From the NCBI GenBank assembly GCA_963717775.1, contig CAVQWZ010000025.1:131026-195025 (forward strand): 64,000 nt of DNA, given 5' to 3'. Made by a program: the position numbers and the translations under genes. Below, in pieces: positions 40,764 to 50,273 of this stretch. The stretch's first letter is position 1; each line of letters starts with the position of its first letter. This stretch comes from an uncultured delta proteobacterium. Its GTDB lineage: Bacteria > Desulfobacterota > Desulfuromonadia > Geobacterales > Geobacteraceae. The notes beneath the pieces are model-generated. The model did not search any database. It was not told where the DNA came from and saw only the letters and a list, made by a program, of their open reading frames with translations.

Positions 40764-41321
40764 ATGAAAGTTCTCCTTCACATGTGTTGCGCCCCGTGCG
40801 CCATCTACCCCCTGGAAACCCTCCGCTCGTCCGGATTTGAGGTCGACGGCTATTTTTTTAACCATAATATCCACCCCTATCAGGAGTACCGTCGTCGCCT
40901 GGATACGGTGCAACACTACGCATCCCTCGTGCAGCTGAAATTGATCTGCCATGATGAATACCTTCTTGAGGAGTTCCTGGCCGCAACCGCGTCCCGGCCC
41001 GAAGAGCGCTGCCGCTACTGCTATGTTTCGCGGCTTGACAGGACCGCACGGACTGCTGCCGAATTGGGCTATGACGCCTTTAGCAGTTCGCTCCTCTACA
41101 GCCGTTATCAGCAGCACGAGCAGATTCGCCGGGAAGGGGAGCAGGTCGGCGAACGGCATGGCGTGCGCTTCCTTTATGACGATTACCGGGTCGGCTGGCA
41201 GCAGGGGATTGCACGGTCAAAGGAGCTGGGGCTCTACCGCCAGCAGTACTGCGGCTGCATATACAGTGAAAAGGACCGCTATTATCCCAAACCACCTCGG
41301 TCCGGAAAAGGGTCACCGTGA
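40764..41321 (+). CDS. queH: epoxyqueuosine reductase QueH (DUF208)
   Basis: Start moved to the ATG at 40764 (MKVLLHMCCAPC). CCAPC, CRYCY and QQYCGCIYS cysteine motifs typical of QueH. Confidence 0.8.
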   Translation: MKVLLHMCCAPCAIYPLETLRSSGFEVDGYFFNHNIHPYQEYRRRLDTVQHYASLVQLKLICHDEYLLEEFLAATASRPEERCRYCYVSRLDRTARTAAELGYDAFSSSLLYSRYQQHEQIRREGEQVGERHGVRFLYDDYRVGWQQGIARSKELGLYRQQYCGCIYSEKDRYYPKPPRSGKGSP

Positions 41322-41326
41322 GCGGA

Positions 41327-41530
41327 ATGGGTAAAATACTAATCATTTTCGGCTGTCTGATGGCCGCACTGGGTGTACTCCTGCTTTTCTCCGATAAAAT
41401 TCCCTGGCTCGGCAGACTCCCGGGTGATATTTCCATCAAGCGTGAAAATTTCACTTTCTACTTTCCCCTTACCACCTGCATCCTTCTTTCCCTCCTTCTT
41501 TCCCTGATTTTTTCCTTTTTTAGAAAATAG
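41327..41530 (+). CDS. DUF2905 small membrane protein
   Basis: About 67 aa. MGKILIIFGCLMAALGVLLLF...LPGDISIKRENFTFYFPLTTCILLSLLLSLI matches the DUF2905 pattern. Confidence 0.7.
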   Translation: MGKILIIFGCLMAALGVLLLFSDKIPWLGRLPGDISIKRENFTFYFPLTTCILLSLLLSLIFSFFRK

Positions 41531-41730
41531 AGGGTGCCTGCCTGGTGTTAGCGGTCTTGCCCCTTGCGAAGGTGCTGTCCTGGCGGGTAGAGGGTGTTGT
41601 TGCGATTACGCAACGATAGCTGTGGCTTTTACGCAACAGTTGTGTGTTTGTACAGGCAACTTTTATATTCACCATATCCTAATAGTCTGTAATTATTACT
41701 GTTTTGGCTGAAAAGTCTTTCTGTGAAATT

Positions 41731-41746
41731 TGGCCCGGATGTTGCT
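41731..41746 (+). promoter_or_regulatory. candidate sigma-54 (-24/-12) promoter upstream of lpxC
   Basis: TGGCCC-GGATG-TTGCT with GG-N10-GC spacing, 45 nt upstream of the lpxC ATG. Sequence match only. Confidence 0.3.
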
Positions 41747-41790
41747 AGCTATTAATACGTAAACTGACTAAAACTTCAAAGGAGCCTTCC

Positions 41791-42711
41791 ATGGCCTTAC
41801 AGCAAACAGTAAAAGATAAGGTAGTATTCTCGGGGATTGGCCTTCATTCCGGAAAAGATGTAACCATGACAATCCGTCCCGCGGATGCCGGAACCGGTGT
41901 GGTTTTTCACCGAATCGACCTGAGTCCTTCTGTTTCCATAGATGCGGTTGCACAAAATGTGGTGAATACACGTCTTTCTACAACCATCGGCAAGGGTGGG
42001 GCGGTGGTTTCCACCATCGAGCACCTCATGGCTGCCTTGACCGGTTGCGGTATTGATAATGTTCACGTGGATATTGATGGACCCGAAGTTCCGATCATGG
42101 ACGGCAGCGCGGCTCCTTTTGTGGAAGGGCTCCGCAAGGTTGGTACCAGCAGCCTTTCCCGCCCGAAAAAGTATCTCGTGGTAAAGAAACCGATTACCGT
42201 TGTCGATGGCGACAAGAAAATAACCATCATCCCTTCCCGCTACTACCGCATCTCTTTCGACATGCGTTTCAATCATCCGGTAGTAAACAATCAGTTCCGC
42301 AGTATGAAATTCAGCCAGGAAGTTTTCGGCCGCGACTATGCCGCTGCCAGAACGTTCGGCTTTCTTATTGAAGTGGAGACACTGAAGGCAAACGGTCTTG
42401 CGCGTGGCGGGTCTCTCGACAATGCTGTGGTCATTGGTGATGATGGTATTCTCAACGAGGGCGGCCTGCGGTACGAGGACGAATTCGTCCGTCACAAAAT
42501 CATGGACTCGGTCGGCGATCTTGCCCTGGCCGGCTATCCATTGATAGGTCACGTGAAGGCCTACAAATCGGGTCACGATCTGAACCATAAGCTGGTGACG
42601 GAAATCCTTGCTAGAACCGACTGCTGGAAGCTGGTGGAAATGGACGAAGTACAGGGAGTCCGATCGGCCGGTCCCGTTTCTTCGCCAGAACTGGCGTGGT
42701 CGGAAGCATAG
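41791..42711 (+). CDS. lpxC: UDP-3-O-acyl-N-acetylglucosamine deacetylase
   Basis: 306 aa. QQTVKDKVVFSGIGLHSG, STIEHLMAAL, FVRHKIMDSVGDLAL, KSGHDLN. Confidence 0.96.
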   Translation: MALQQTVKDKVVFSGIGLHSGKDVTMTIRPADAGTGVVFHRIDLSPSVSIDAVAQNVVNTRLSTTIGKGGAVVSTIEHLMAALTGCGIDNVHVDIDGPEVPIMDGSAAPFVEGLRKVGTSSLSRPKKYLVVKKPITVVDGDKKITIIPSRYYRISFDMRFNHPVVNNQFRSMKFSQEVFGRDYAAARTFGFLIEVETLKANGLARGGSLDNAVVIGDDGILNEGGLRYEDEFVRHKIMDSVGDLALAGYPLIGHVKAYKSGHDLNHKLVTEILARTDCWKLVEMDEVQGVRSAGPVSSPELAWSEA

Positions 42712-42740
42712 TAGTACTGCTTCAGCAGCATCCTCCATTG

Positions 42741-42767
42741 AGCAGCCCTTCGGGGCTGCTTTTTTTA
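42741..42767 (+). terminator. rho-independent terminator after lpxC
   Basis: AGCAGCCC-TTCG-GGGCTGCT hairpin followed by T7. Confidence 0.88.
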
Positions 42768-42876
42768 TTTGGTGCTACAATAAAAAGCGCTGAAGACACC
42801 ATGGCACTTTTTTCCTTTCTTGAATTGACCGGTTTCTTCAGCTACAGTGGAAAAAAATAACGGTCTGGTACAAGCT

Positions 42877-45118
42877 ATGAAACGATCCAGGAAAAACAGG
42901 TTCAGCGCGTTAGAGGTTAAGAAAAGCAAAAGAGAGGCGTTGATAATCATCCTTTCTCTCTTGCTGATTGTCTTTCTCACCCATGCTGAGTTGCGACTTT
43001 CCGATATCAGTTCCGATGTTCGGACGGTAGACAACATTCTGATTTTCGGTCTCATCAATGTCGTCATACTCCTGATCGTCCTCCTGGTTTACCTGGTGTG
43101 CCGCAATATCGCCCGGATCCTCCTGGAACGAAAGCGCAACCCATTCGGCTCAAAGCTTCGCGGCAAGCTGGTTGTGGCCTTTGTCGCGCTCTCCCTTATT
43201 CCTACGTTGCTCCTTTTCTTCGTTTCAGCGAGTTTCATCAATAGCAGCATTAAAAACTGGTTCAACAAGCAAATTGAATGGTCTCTGTCCGAATCTCTGG
43301 AGGTTGCCCAAACCTACTACCGTAAAACCGCGGAGGATGCCCTTCATTTTGGGCGCCAGATAAGTACGGTCCTGGCGGACAGGGGACTTCTCGATGGCCG
43401 GAACAGTGACGGGTTGGGTACCTACGTCGATAAAATACGGACTGAATATGGCATCGGGATAATTGAAGTCTATTCCGCCAGCAAAGAAGAATTGGCCCGC
43501 TCTATCAGCCACGACGTGCCGCATAGTCGATTATTTCAGGCCCCTTCCAGAGGACATTGCCGCTGCTCTTGGCGGCAAAGAGTTCAGCCGTGTCAACTCG
43601 CAGGGGAAGGCAGATCTGATTCGCGGGATAGTTCCCGTGTTTTCCCGCGGCGAACCTCGGGCGGTGATTGGTGTTGTCGTGATCAGCTACTATGTGCCGG
43701 ATGCCCTGGTGAGCAAGATGCAGCAGATTTCCGGTGCCTATGATAAGTATCGGCAGTTGAAGTCCCTCAAGTATCCCATCAGGAGCGGCTATATCCTCAC
43801 CCTGTTCCTGATTACCATGGTTATTATTTTTCTGGCTATCTGGTTCGGTGTTTACCTGGCCAACAGCCTTTCCACGCCCATTCGGGAGCTTGCCGAGGCG
43901 ACCGGGCAGGTTGCAGCCGGAAATCTCCACGTTCGTCTCGAAGGGGAGGGTGATGACGAGATCGGGATGCTTGTTGCTTCATTCAACAAGATGACGGAAG
44001 ATCTCCTGAACAACCAGCTTGCCCTCAGGGAGGCAAATGAAGGCCTGACGCGAACCAACCTGGAACTTGAGCAGCGGCGACGGTATATGGAGATTGTGTT
44101 GCGGAACGTGACCGCCGGTGTTATTTCCGTTGATAAGAGCGGAATCCTCACCACGGTCAATACCTCGGCAGAGCGTCTGCTCAATATTTCTCCGGAGAAG
44201 GTGAAGGGGCATCACTTCCGGGAGGTTCTGCGTCCGGAACAGCTGGACATGATCAAAGGGCTTCTGCGTGATATGGTGAATTCCAAAAAGGACACCATCA
44301 GCAAGCAGGTTGATATTCGCCTGAAGGACAGAAAACTTACCCTTTTGATGAATCTGTCGGTCATGCGGGACGAAAACGGGGATTTCCTCGGTACCGTGGT
44401 GGTCTTTGATGATCTCACCCAACTTATGAAGGCTCAGCGTATGGCTGCCTGGAGGGAGGTGGCCCGTCGTATCGCCCATGAGATCAAGAACCCCCTCACT
44501 CCCATCAAGCTTTCCGCCCAGCGACTCCGCAAAAGGTACCTGTCCCGCTTCGGCGAGGACGAAAAGGTCTTTGACGAATGCACCGGGATGATCATCAAGT
44601 CGGTTGATGAACTGAAAACACTGGTGGACGAATTTTCCAGTTTTGCCCGCATGCCGGCAGCTCAGCCGACGCCCAATGATCTCAACGAAATTGTCAGGGA
44701 ATCGCTCACCCTCTACCAGGAAGCGCACCGGCAGGTTGATTTTTCATTTCTGCCCGATCAGGCGATTCCCATGATCCGGCTTGACAGGGATCAGATCAAG
44801 CGGGTGCTGATCAATCTTCTCGACAACGCCATAGCTGCTCTTGACGAAAAAGGGGATATTCGCATCGAAACCCGTTATGACCAGGAGCTGCGAATGGTGA
44901 CCCTGACGGTGGCTGACACTGGCCACGGGATTGCTCCGGAAGACAAGGCTCGCCTTTTTGAGCCCTATTTTTCGACGAAAAAGGCGGGAACCGGGCTGGG
45001 GTTGGCTATCGTTACCACGATTGTGGCGGACCACGGAGGTTTCATTCGGTTCAAGGACAATGAGCCGCGGGGAACTGTCTTTATTATTGAATTTCCTGCA
45101 AGCGGGGAGATTGTCTGA
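42877..45118 (+). pseudogene. NtrY-like sensor histidine kinase (TM-HAMP-PAS-HisKA-HATPase) interrupted by a +1 frame break near 43519-43522
   Basis: ORF 42847-43743 carries the N-terminal TM/periplasmic part up to ...ELARSISHDV. ORF 43463-45118 continues (IVDYFRPLPEDI..., HAMP, PAS, H-box AHEIKNPLT, N/G boxes). Confidence 0.8.
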
Positions 45119-45199
45119 CAGGCTGCTGAAAATCTTCACCGGTCTGCAACGGAAAGCAGAAAACGAAAAATTGCCGAAAGAGCAGGGGAAACAAAGCTC

Positions 45200-46591
45200 A
45201 TGGATGAAAAAATACTGGTAGTGGACGATGAAGATAGTATTCGGACCACGTTGGCGGGAATTCTGGAAGATGATGGCTTCCGGGTTCTGTTCGCCAATGA
45301 CGGTGTGACTGCTTTGGATGCAGTGAAAAAGGAAATGCCGGACCTGGTTCTGCTGGATATCTGGATGCCGCGCATGGATGGAATCGAGACCCTGCAGAAA
45401 TTGAAGGAGCTCTATCCGTCGCTGCTGGTCATCATGATGTCCGGTCACGGAACCATCGAGACCGCGGTCAAGTCAACGAAAATGGGGGCCTACGACTTTG
45501 TCGAAAAGCCCCTGTCCCTGGAAAAACTTCTGCTCTGCATCCGCAACGCACTCGGCATGCTGCGCCTGAAGGACGAAAACGAAACCTTGCGCGACCTTGC
45601 CTTGAGCGACTTGGCCTTCCGCGACCGTCAGATGACCGGCTCCTCTCCCGCCATGGTGGAGCTGAAGGAGCAGATAAAACTGGTGGCCCCCAGCAATGCC
45701 TCGGTACTGATCACCGGCGAAAACGGCACGGGCAAGGAACTGGTTGCACGCTCGATCCATTTCCACAGCAACCGTAAAAATAAGCCCTTTGTGGAAATTA
45801 ATTGTGCCGCCATCCCCGAAGAGCTGATCGAGAGTGAGCTCTTCGGCCACGAGAAGGGTGCTTTTACCGGAGCTGTAGCCCAGAAGAAGGGGAAATTCGA
45901 TCTTGCCGATGGTGGCACCATCTTTCTCGACGAAATAGGCGACATGTCCCTCAAAACACAGGCAAAGGTCCTGCGTATCCTCCAGGAGCGTAAGTTCGAA
46001 CGCGTGGGGGGAAACCGCACCATCGAGGTTGATGTCCGGATCATCGCCGCCACCAACAAGGTGCTGGAAGAGGAAATACGCTCAGGAGCCTTTCGCGAGG
46101 ATCTCTATTATCGTCTCAATGTCGTGCCGTTTGTTGTCCCACCGCTGCGGGAGCGGCGGGAGGATATCCCGGCGCTGATCGAACATTTTCTGGAGATGTT
46201 TTGCGTCAGGGAGGGGTTGGAGCGAAAGAACATTACCCTGGAAGCCTTGGAATTAATGAAAAAAGGCACCTGGCCCGGAAATGTGCGGGAGTTGAAAAAT
46301 GTGGTGGAACGACTGGTGATCATGTCGCCGGGAAAGCTCATCACCGTGAATCACATCCCTGAGTCCATTGTCTCCGGAGAGATTCCTCTCGAGGGGGGCG
46401 TTGGGCGTCTGGATACGGTCCTTGAGATGCCTAGTCTTCGTGAAGCGCGGGAAGAGTTTGAGAAGGAATTCATCCTGCAGAAGCTTGAGGAGAACGGCTG
46501 GAACATTAGCAAGACCGCCGAGGCTATTGAGCTGGAGCGGAGTAATCTTCATCGGAAGATCAAGTCGTATGGGATTGAGTTGAAGAAGTAG
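45200..46591 (+). CDS. sigma-54-dependent response regulator (NtrX/NtrC family)
   Basis: 463 aa. REC (KILVVDDE...DIWMP), AAA+ sigma-54 activator core (GENGTGKE, GAFTGA, ESELFGHEKGAF) and C-terminal Fis-type HTH. Confidence 0.9.
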   Translation: MDEKILVVDDEDSIRTTLAGILEDDGFRVLFANDGVTALDAVKKEMPDLVLLDIWMPRMDGIETLQKLKELYPSLLVIMMSGHGTIETAVKSTKMGAYDFVEKPLSLEKLLLCIRNALGMLRLKDENETLRDLALSDLAFRDRQMTGSSPAMVELKEQIKLVAPSNASVLITGENGTGKELVARSIHFHSNRKNKPFVEINCAAIPEELIESELFGHEKGAFTGAVAQKKGKFDLADGGTIFLDEIGDMSLKTQAKVLRILQERKFERVGGNRTIEVDVRIIAATNKVLEEEIRSGAFREDLYYRLNVVPFVVPPLRERREDIPALIEHFLEMFCVREGLERKNITLEALELMKKGTWPGNVRELKNVVERLVIMSPGKLITVNHIPESIVSGEIPLEGGVGRLDTVLEMPSLREAREEFEKEFILQKLEENGWNISKTAEAIELERSNLHRKIKSYGIELKK

Positions 46592-46781
46592 GGGCGGGTT
46601 TGTAACCCGCCCTTGTTGTAGGCCGAATCGGGGCATTACTAAACTTGACTTTGGCCATTAGGTAAATGGAATGTCCCTCTAAGGCCAGAGTGTCTCTCCA
46701 TGTTTCTCCATGTCTGCAGTCCGCTGGGGCCTGTCAATCTGATTGTGTAAATGACTTTTCGGTTTACCTCTATCATCGGAG

Positions 46782-47102
46782 TTATTGAGTGGTAGTAAAC
46801 TTGAGACCAACGATGCCTGCAAAGATGAGAGCCAAGCTTAACAGTCGAGCTATGGTCACCGGCTCATGAAATAAGACAATACCCAATATTGCCGTGCCAA
46901 TCGCGCCGATACCAACCCAAACAGCATAGGCCGTTCCAACAGGAAGCGATTTCAGTGCAAAGCCGAGCAAAGCAAGACTGATTATCATCGCGCACACGGT
47001 ACCAATAGTTGGCCATATACGCGTAAAGCCATTTGTGTACTTGAGCCCGATAGCCCATCCCATTTCAAATAGTCCAGCAACAACTAAAATTACCCAATTC
47101 AT
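46782..47102 (-). CDS. sugE: SMR-family exporter (SugE/Gdx-type guanidinium exporter)
   Basis: Start moved to the ATG at 47102 ([22 protein letters not shown]; conserved Glu in TM1). 106 aa, four TMs. Guanidine-II riboswitch immediately upstream. Confidence 0.85.
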   Translation of the reverse strand: MNWVILVVAGLFEMGWAIGLKYTNGFTRIWPTIGTVCAMIISLALLGFALKSLPVGTAYAVWVGIGAIGTAILGIVLFHEPVTIARLLSLALIFAGIVGLKFTTTQ

Positions 47103-47117
47103 GGTGACCTCGAAGAA

Positions 47118-47168
47118 TTGGGGGTCGTCCCCCTTCTGGTGATGGAGTAGTGAGGTCGTCCTCACTTC
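47118..47168 (-). promoter_or_regulatory. guanidine-II (mini-ykkC) riboswitch
   Basis: On the minus strand there are two tandem hairpins, each closing an ACGA tetraloop: GUGAGG-ACGA-CCUCAC (47165-47150) and GGGGG-ACGA-CCCCC (47133-47120). They are separated by a 16-nt linker. The second hairpin ends 17 nt before the SMR start codon (SD GAGG). Confidence 0.88.
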
Positions 47169-47254
47169 CTTTTAAGCCTAACTCGCTATTGAACTGTCGT
47201 CCGATGTATATACTTGTAGATACAAACGACTATATGTAGATGTTTTTCCCTGAC

Positions 47255-47626
47255 TCAAAAGGTCGGCAACCTACCGCGGAACATGATGCTAAACTGGTTC
47301 AATGCTGACTTCCAGTCTCTGATTGGCATTGTCCACTTCTTCGCAATATTTATCAAGGCCAGATAAAGCAACTTGAACATCGCTTCGTCACTGGGAAAGT
47401 GACCACGATTCTTGGTGACCTTACGAAGTGACATGTTCAAAGATTCTATGGCGTTTGTCGTGTAGATTGCTTTGCGTATCTCAGTCGGATAGGAAAACAG
47501 AGGAATAATCCGTTCCCAGTTGTTTCGCCATGACCTTGCTATAGTCGGATGACTAGCATCCCATTTGGCAGCAAATGCATCAAGATTTTTCTCTGAGGCT
47601 AGCGGGACGTTGTTTCTAAATATGCT
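47255..47626 (-). mobile_element. IS256-family transposase gene relic (C-terminal third only)
   Basis: The minus-strand frame reads ...[111 protein letters not shown]. This is the conserved C-terminal signature of IS256/mutator-type transposases. The frame is closed by TAA just upstream; further degenerate homology extends to about 47660. Confidence 0.88.
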
Positions 47627-47820
47627 TTAATCTTAGCAAGTATTAATCATGCAACTATTGTCACCTGATGCCAACTTATATAGGGGCATCCATTGAAAGT
47701 TGGGATAGGAGCGGACGTTCCTTAGGATATGGGTGACCCCTTTTTTCTCCTGATGGCCGCTAGTCGTGCTAGAATCCGGGCCTATTCAGGTTTGATCTTC
47801 AACCAACCAAAGGAGCAACG

Positions 47821-48347
47821 ATGAACCCATTTATGACGCGGATGCTGCGTGCGGCGAAACTAGATGTTCCATTTTATGAAGAGGTCGAAGCCGACAAGGG
47901 CGCAATGCCTCAGGCCATGGGGGTGGTTGTCCTTTCCAGCTTGGCGGCCGGGGTCGGAAGTGTCGCCAACCTGGGGCTGGGTGGGATTCTGCTCGGAACC
48001 CTTGCCGCCCTTGGCAGCTGGTACATCTGGGCCTGGCTCACCTACTTCATCGGAACCAGATTTCTAGCCGAGGCGCAAACCGAAGCCGATCTCGGTCAAT
48101 TGTTGCGCACCACCGGATTTTCGAGTTCTCCCGGCCTGATTCGGGTTTTGGGGATCATCCTGGGCTAGGACCGATCGTTTTTGCCTTGGCGTCCATCTGG
48201 ATGCTGGTGGCCATGGTAATCGCGGTCCGACAGGCGCTGGATTACACGAGCACCCTGCGGGCTGTTGGCGTGTGCGTGATCGGCTGGATCGTTCAGACTC
48301 TCATCCTGGTGCTGCTGTTCGCGCTACTGGGTGGCGGGGTCAACTGA
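47821..48347 (+). pseudogene. Yip1-domain membrane protein interrupted by a -1 frame break at about 48159
   Basis: ORF 47821-48168 ends ...LIRVLGIILG*. The -1 frame continues PGLGPIVFALASIWMLVAMVIAVRQALDYTSTLRAVGVCVIGWIVQTLILVLLFALLGGGVN*. One extra C in the CC at 48159-48160 would restore a single about 175-aa ORF. Confidence 0.7.
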
Positions 48348-48351
48348 TCTT

Positions 48352-48402
48352 AGGGGTCGTGTCTGCACTTTTTATTAATGGAAACGTGTAGACGCGACCC
48401 CT
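48352..48402 (+). repeat. 17-bp-stem hairpin carrying a GGGGTC-type repeat arm (REP-like / terminator-like)
   Basis: AGGGGTCGTGTCTGCAC (48352-48368) pairs with GTGTAGACGCGACCCCT (48386-48402): 15 Watson-Crick plus 2 G-U pairs, 17-nt AT-rich loop. Lies 5 nt after the Yip1 stop. Confidence 0.7.
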
Positions 48403-48523
48403 TCATCAGCCCCTCAAGGTCGTACCGGCAATGAAGCGACTCCGGTATGTTCATAACCGGAGACAACAGGTTCAGTCAGCTCAAAAGTAAGAAATCTCGC
48501 TCATTGATCATTTGAGGAAAAGT

Positions 48524-49012
48524 ATGTCAGAGATAACTATTGAACTTGCGAGTGCTGTTGATGCGGAAACGCTCAAAAATATGGCGATAATAGCTTTTAC
48601 GGGCGATTTTAAGCAGTATGGGTCTTTTCCTCCTCATATTCAGTCTGTTGAATGGCATCTGTCTCAAATTGAAAAGGGTCACTATTATAAAATCAAATAT
48701 AATGGTGAAATGGTAGGAGGAATATGCTTAATCCTTCAAGGTGATTCAGTTGTTAAAATCAAGTACCTTTTCATAGCTGAGTGCTTCCAGAATAAAAGAA
48801 TTGGTTCTCAAGCCATGAAGTTAATTGAGGAACACTATAGTAATGTGGCTACATGGTCACTTGTTACAGCCTATAAGGCATATCGAAACCATCATTTCTA
48901 TGAGAAATTAGGGTATGTAAAAATAAGGGAAATTCAACCTGACCCAAATGACGAATTTAAAGTATTTAAATACATTAAACATATAATGGGGTCTAGAAAA
49001 GAAAGAAACTAA
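48524..49012 (+). CDS. GNAT-family N-acetyltransferase
   Basis: Start at ATG 48524 (RBS GAGGA). Acetyl-CoA motif A-like FIAECFQNKRIGSQAMKLIE and C-terminal NHHFYEKLGY. AT-rich gene. Confidence 0.8.
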   Translation: MSEITIELASAVDAETLKNMAIIAFTGDFKQYGSFPPHIQSVEWHLSQIEKGHYYKIKYNGEMVGGICLILQGDSVVKIKYLFIAECFQNKRIGSQAMKLIEEHYSNVATWSLVTAYKAYRNHHFYEKLGYVKIREIQPDPNDEFKVFKYIKHIMGSRKERN

Positions 49013-49227
49013 CTTTCAAGACCTGCTCCCCACCCTGAGCACATAGGATCATGCTTCTGCTGTTTGCCAGCTCGGCCTACCGACTCCTGCATCCTGGACC
49101 TCCTGTCTCCCTCCTGCGAGATTGTTCCATTTTCTTCTTTTGCAATGAAAAACCCCGTGCGGTTGATATACTGAAAACAGAACAAGACATCAGCCGTATG
49201 AAGATGTTCCGAAAGGAGGTATATGAA

Positions 49228-49719
49228 ATGGCTACTCCGGAAGGCGGCCTGCTGGCGCAAAAAATACGCAAGAACATGGCGGAGTTCAAGAAAGTCTGTG
49301 CGGACATTGACGAGGCTGCGGCGAATCGCGCCCCCGGGGACAGGTGGTCACCGAAACAGATCGTCTCGCATCTCTGCGGACCGGAAGGCTCGGGATTCCT
49401 GCAGACGATCCGGGCCATCCTTGACCAGGACACTCCTCAGCTCGATATCGAAGCCGAAAACCCATTTTTCAGCGGGAAACGCGCATCCATGACCATGGTG
49501 GAACTACTCGCGGAATTCGAACGGGAATACGGCCGGATGGCCGAACTCGTTGAAGACCTGACGCAAGAACAGCTCGACCGCAAGGCGCACATCCCGCTGC
49601 TGAAAGAGAGCCCGTTTGGCGAGTACCCGACTCTGGCCGAATGGGTCGGCGTCCTGACCGATTACCACATAGACTTTCACGTCAATCATATGAAGGAGAT
49701 TGTGCAGGAGTTGGGCTGA
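49228..49719 (+). CDS. DinB-family (DinB_2) metal-dependent protein
   Basis: Start moved to ATG 49228 (RBS AAGGAGG). WSPKQIVSHLCG and TDYHIDFHVNHMKEI histidine motifs of the DinB four-helix bundle. Confidence 0.8.
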   Translation: MATPEGGLLAQKIRKNMAEFKKVCADIDEAAANRAPGDRWSPKQIVSHLCGPEGSGFLQTIRAILDQDTPQLDIEAENPFFSGKRASMTMVELLAEFEREYGRMAELVEDLTQEQLDRKAHIPLLKESPFGEYPTLAEWVGVLTDYHIDFHVNHMKEIVQELG

Positions 49720-49724
49720 GAATC

Positions 49725-49757
49725 AGACCTGCCAGGTTTTCAAAACCTGGCAGGTCT
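49725..49757 (+). terminator. rho-independent terminator after the DinB-family gene
   Basis: AGACCTGCCAGGTT...AACCTGGCAGGTCT perfect inverted repeat followed by TTTGTT. Confidence 0.7.
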
Positions 49758-49787
49758 TTGTTCCTGAAATACTATAAATAAAGCTAT

Positions 49788-49814
49788 GGGGGCCAGTCTG
49801 CAAAACTGCAAAAT
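49788..49814 (+). repeat. GGGGYCAG...TGCAAAACT repeat copy
   Basis: GGGGGCCAGTCTGCAAAACTGCAAAAT closely resembles 63010-63037 (GCGGGGTCAGGGTTGCAAAACTTCAAAAAA) and more distantly 61211-61240 and 48352-48380. Confidence 0.55.
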
Positions 49815-49899
49815 GAGCGTATAGGGGGTGGCAGCAAGGGAATGTTGTTTGTTCACCGAGCATGAGGTACGTTGAAAGAAATGGCCCTAAAGTCATGGT

Positions 49900-50230
49900 A
49901 TACTTAGATGCAAGTACTTGGGCGCATCACGACCAGGGGCATCATCACGGCAGACGGCACGGCGGTTATGGCAACCGGGTCTTCATATCTCCGAAGTGGC
50001 GTCTCATCACCATGCCAACAATACAACACTGACTTGAGCTCTCCGACATCAACCTGATCAGGGCGTCATGTGACGAGTTGATGGAACTCTTGGACAATTA
50101 TCCCGATCTTACTTCAACGGTGTGGCTGCCTCTGTTTGGGAAATGTGAGGGATGCTATCGAGCCTGTCCTTGATGTCGGGGTTGTTGTGATCGATCGGGA
50201 AGAACTGGAAATGTTTATGGCAAAACCATA
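49900..50230 (+). pseudogene. possible decayed macro-domain (DarG-like ADP-ribose glycohydrolase) gene
   Basis: Reading ...WRLITMPTIQH*LELSDINLIRASCDELMELLDNYPDLTSTVWLPLFGKCEG. It resembles the ...FPTKxHW...S.l..I...L..L......v.lP.lGcG.GGL block of small macro-domain proteins, with TGA where Trp is expected and frame changes on both sides. No intact ORF of 60 aa or more. Confidence 0.3.
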
Positions 50231-50273
50231 GTGACGCGCCGCCGGTCACGTAACCGGCAGAGGGGAGAGTGAG

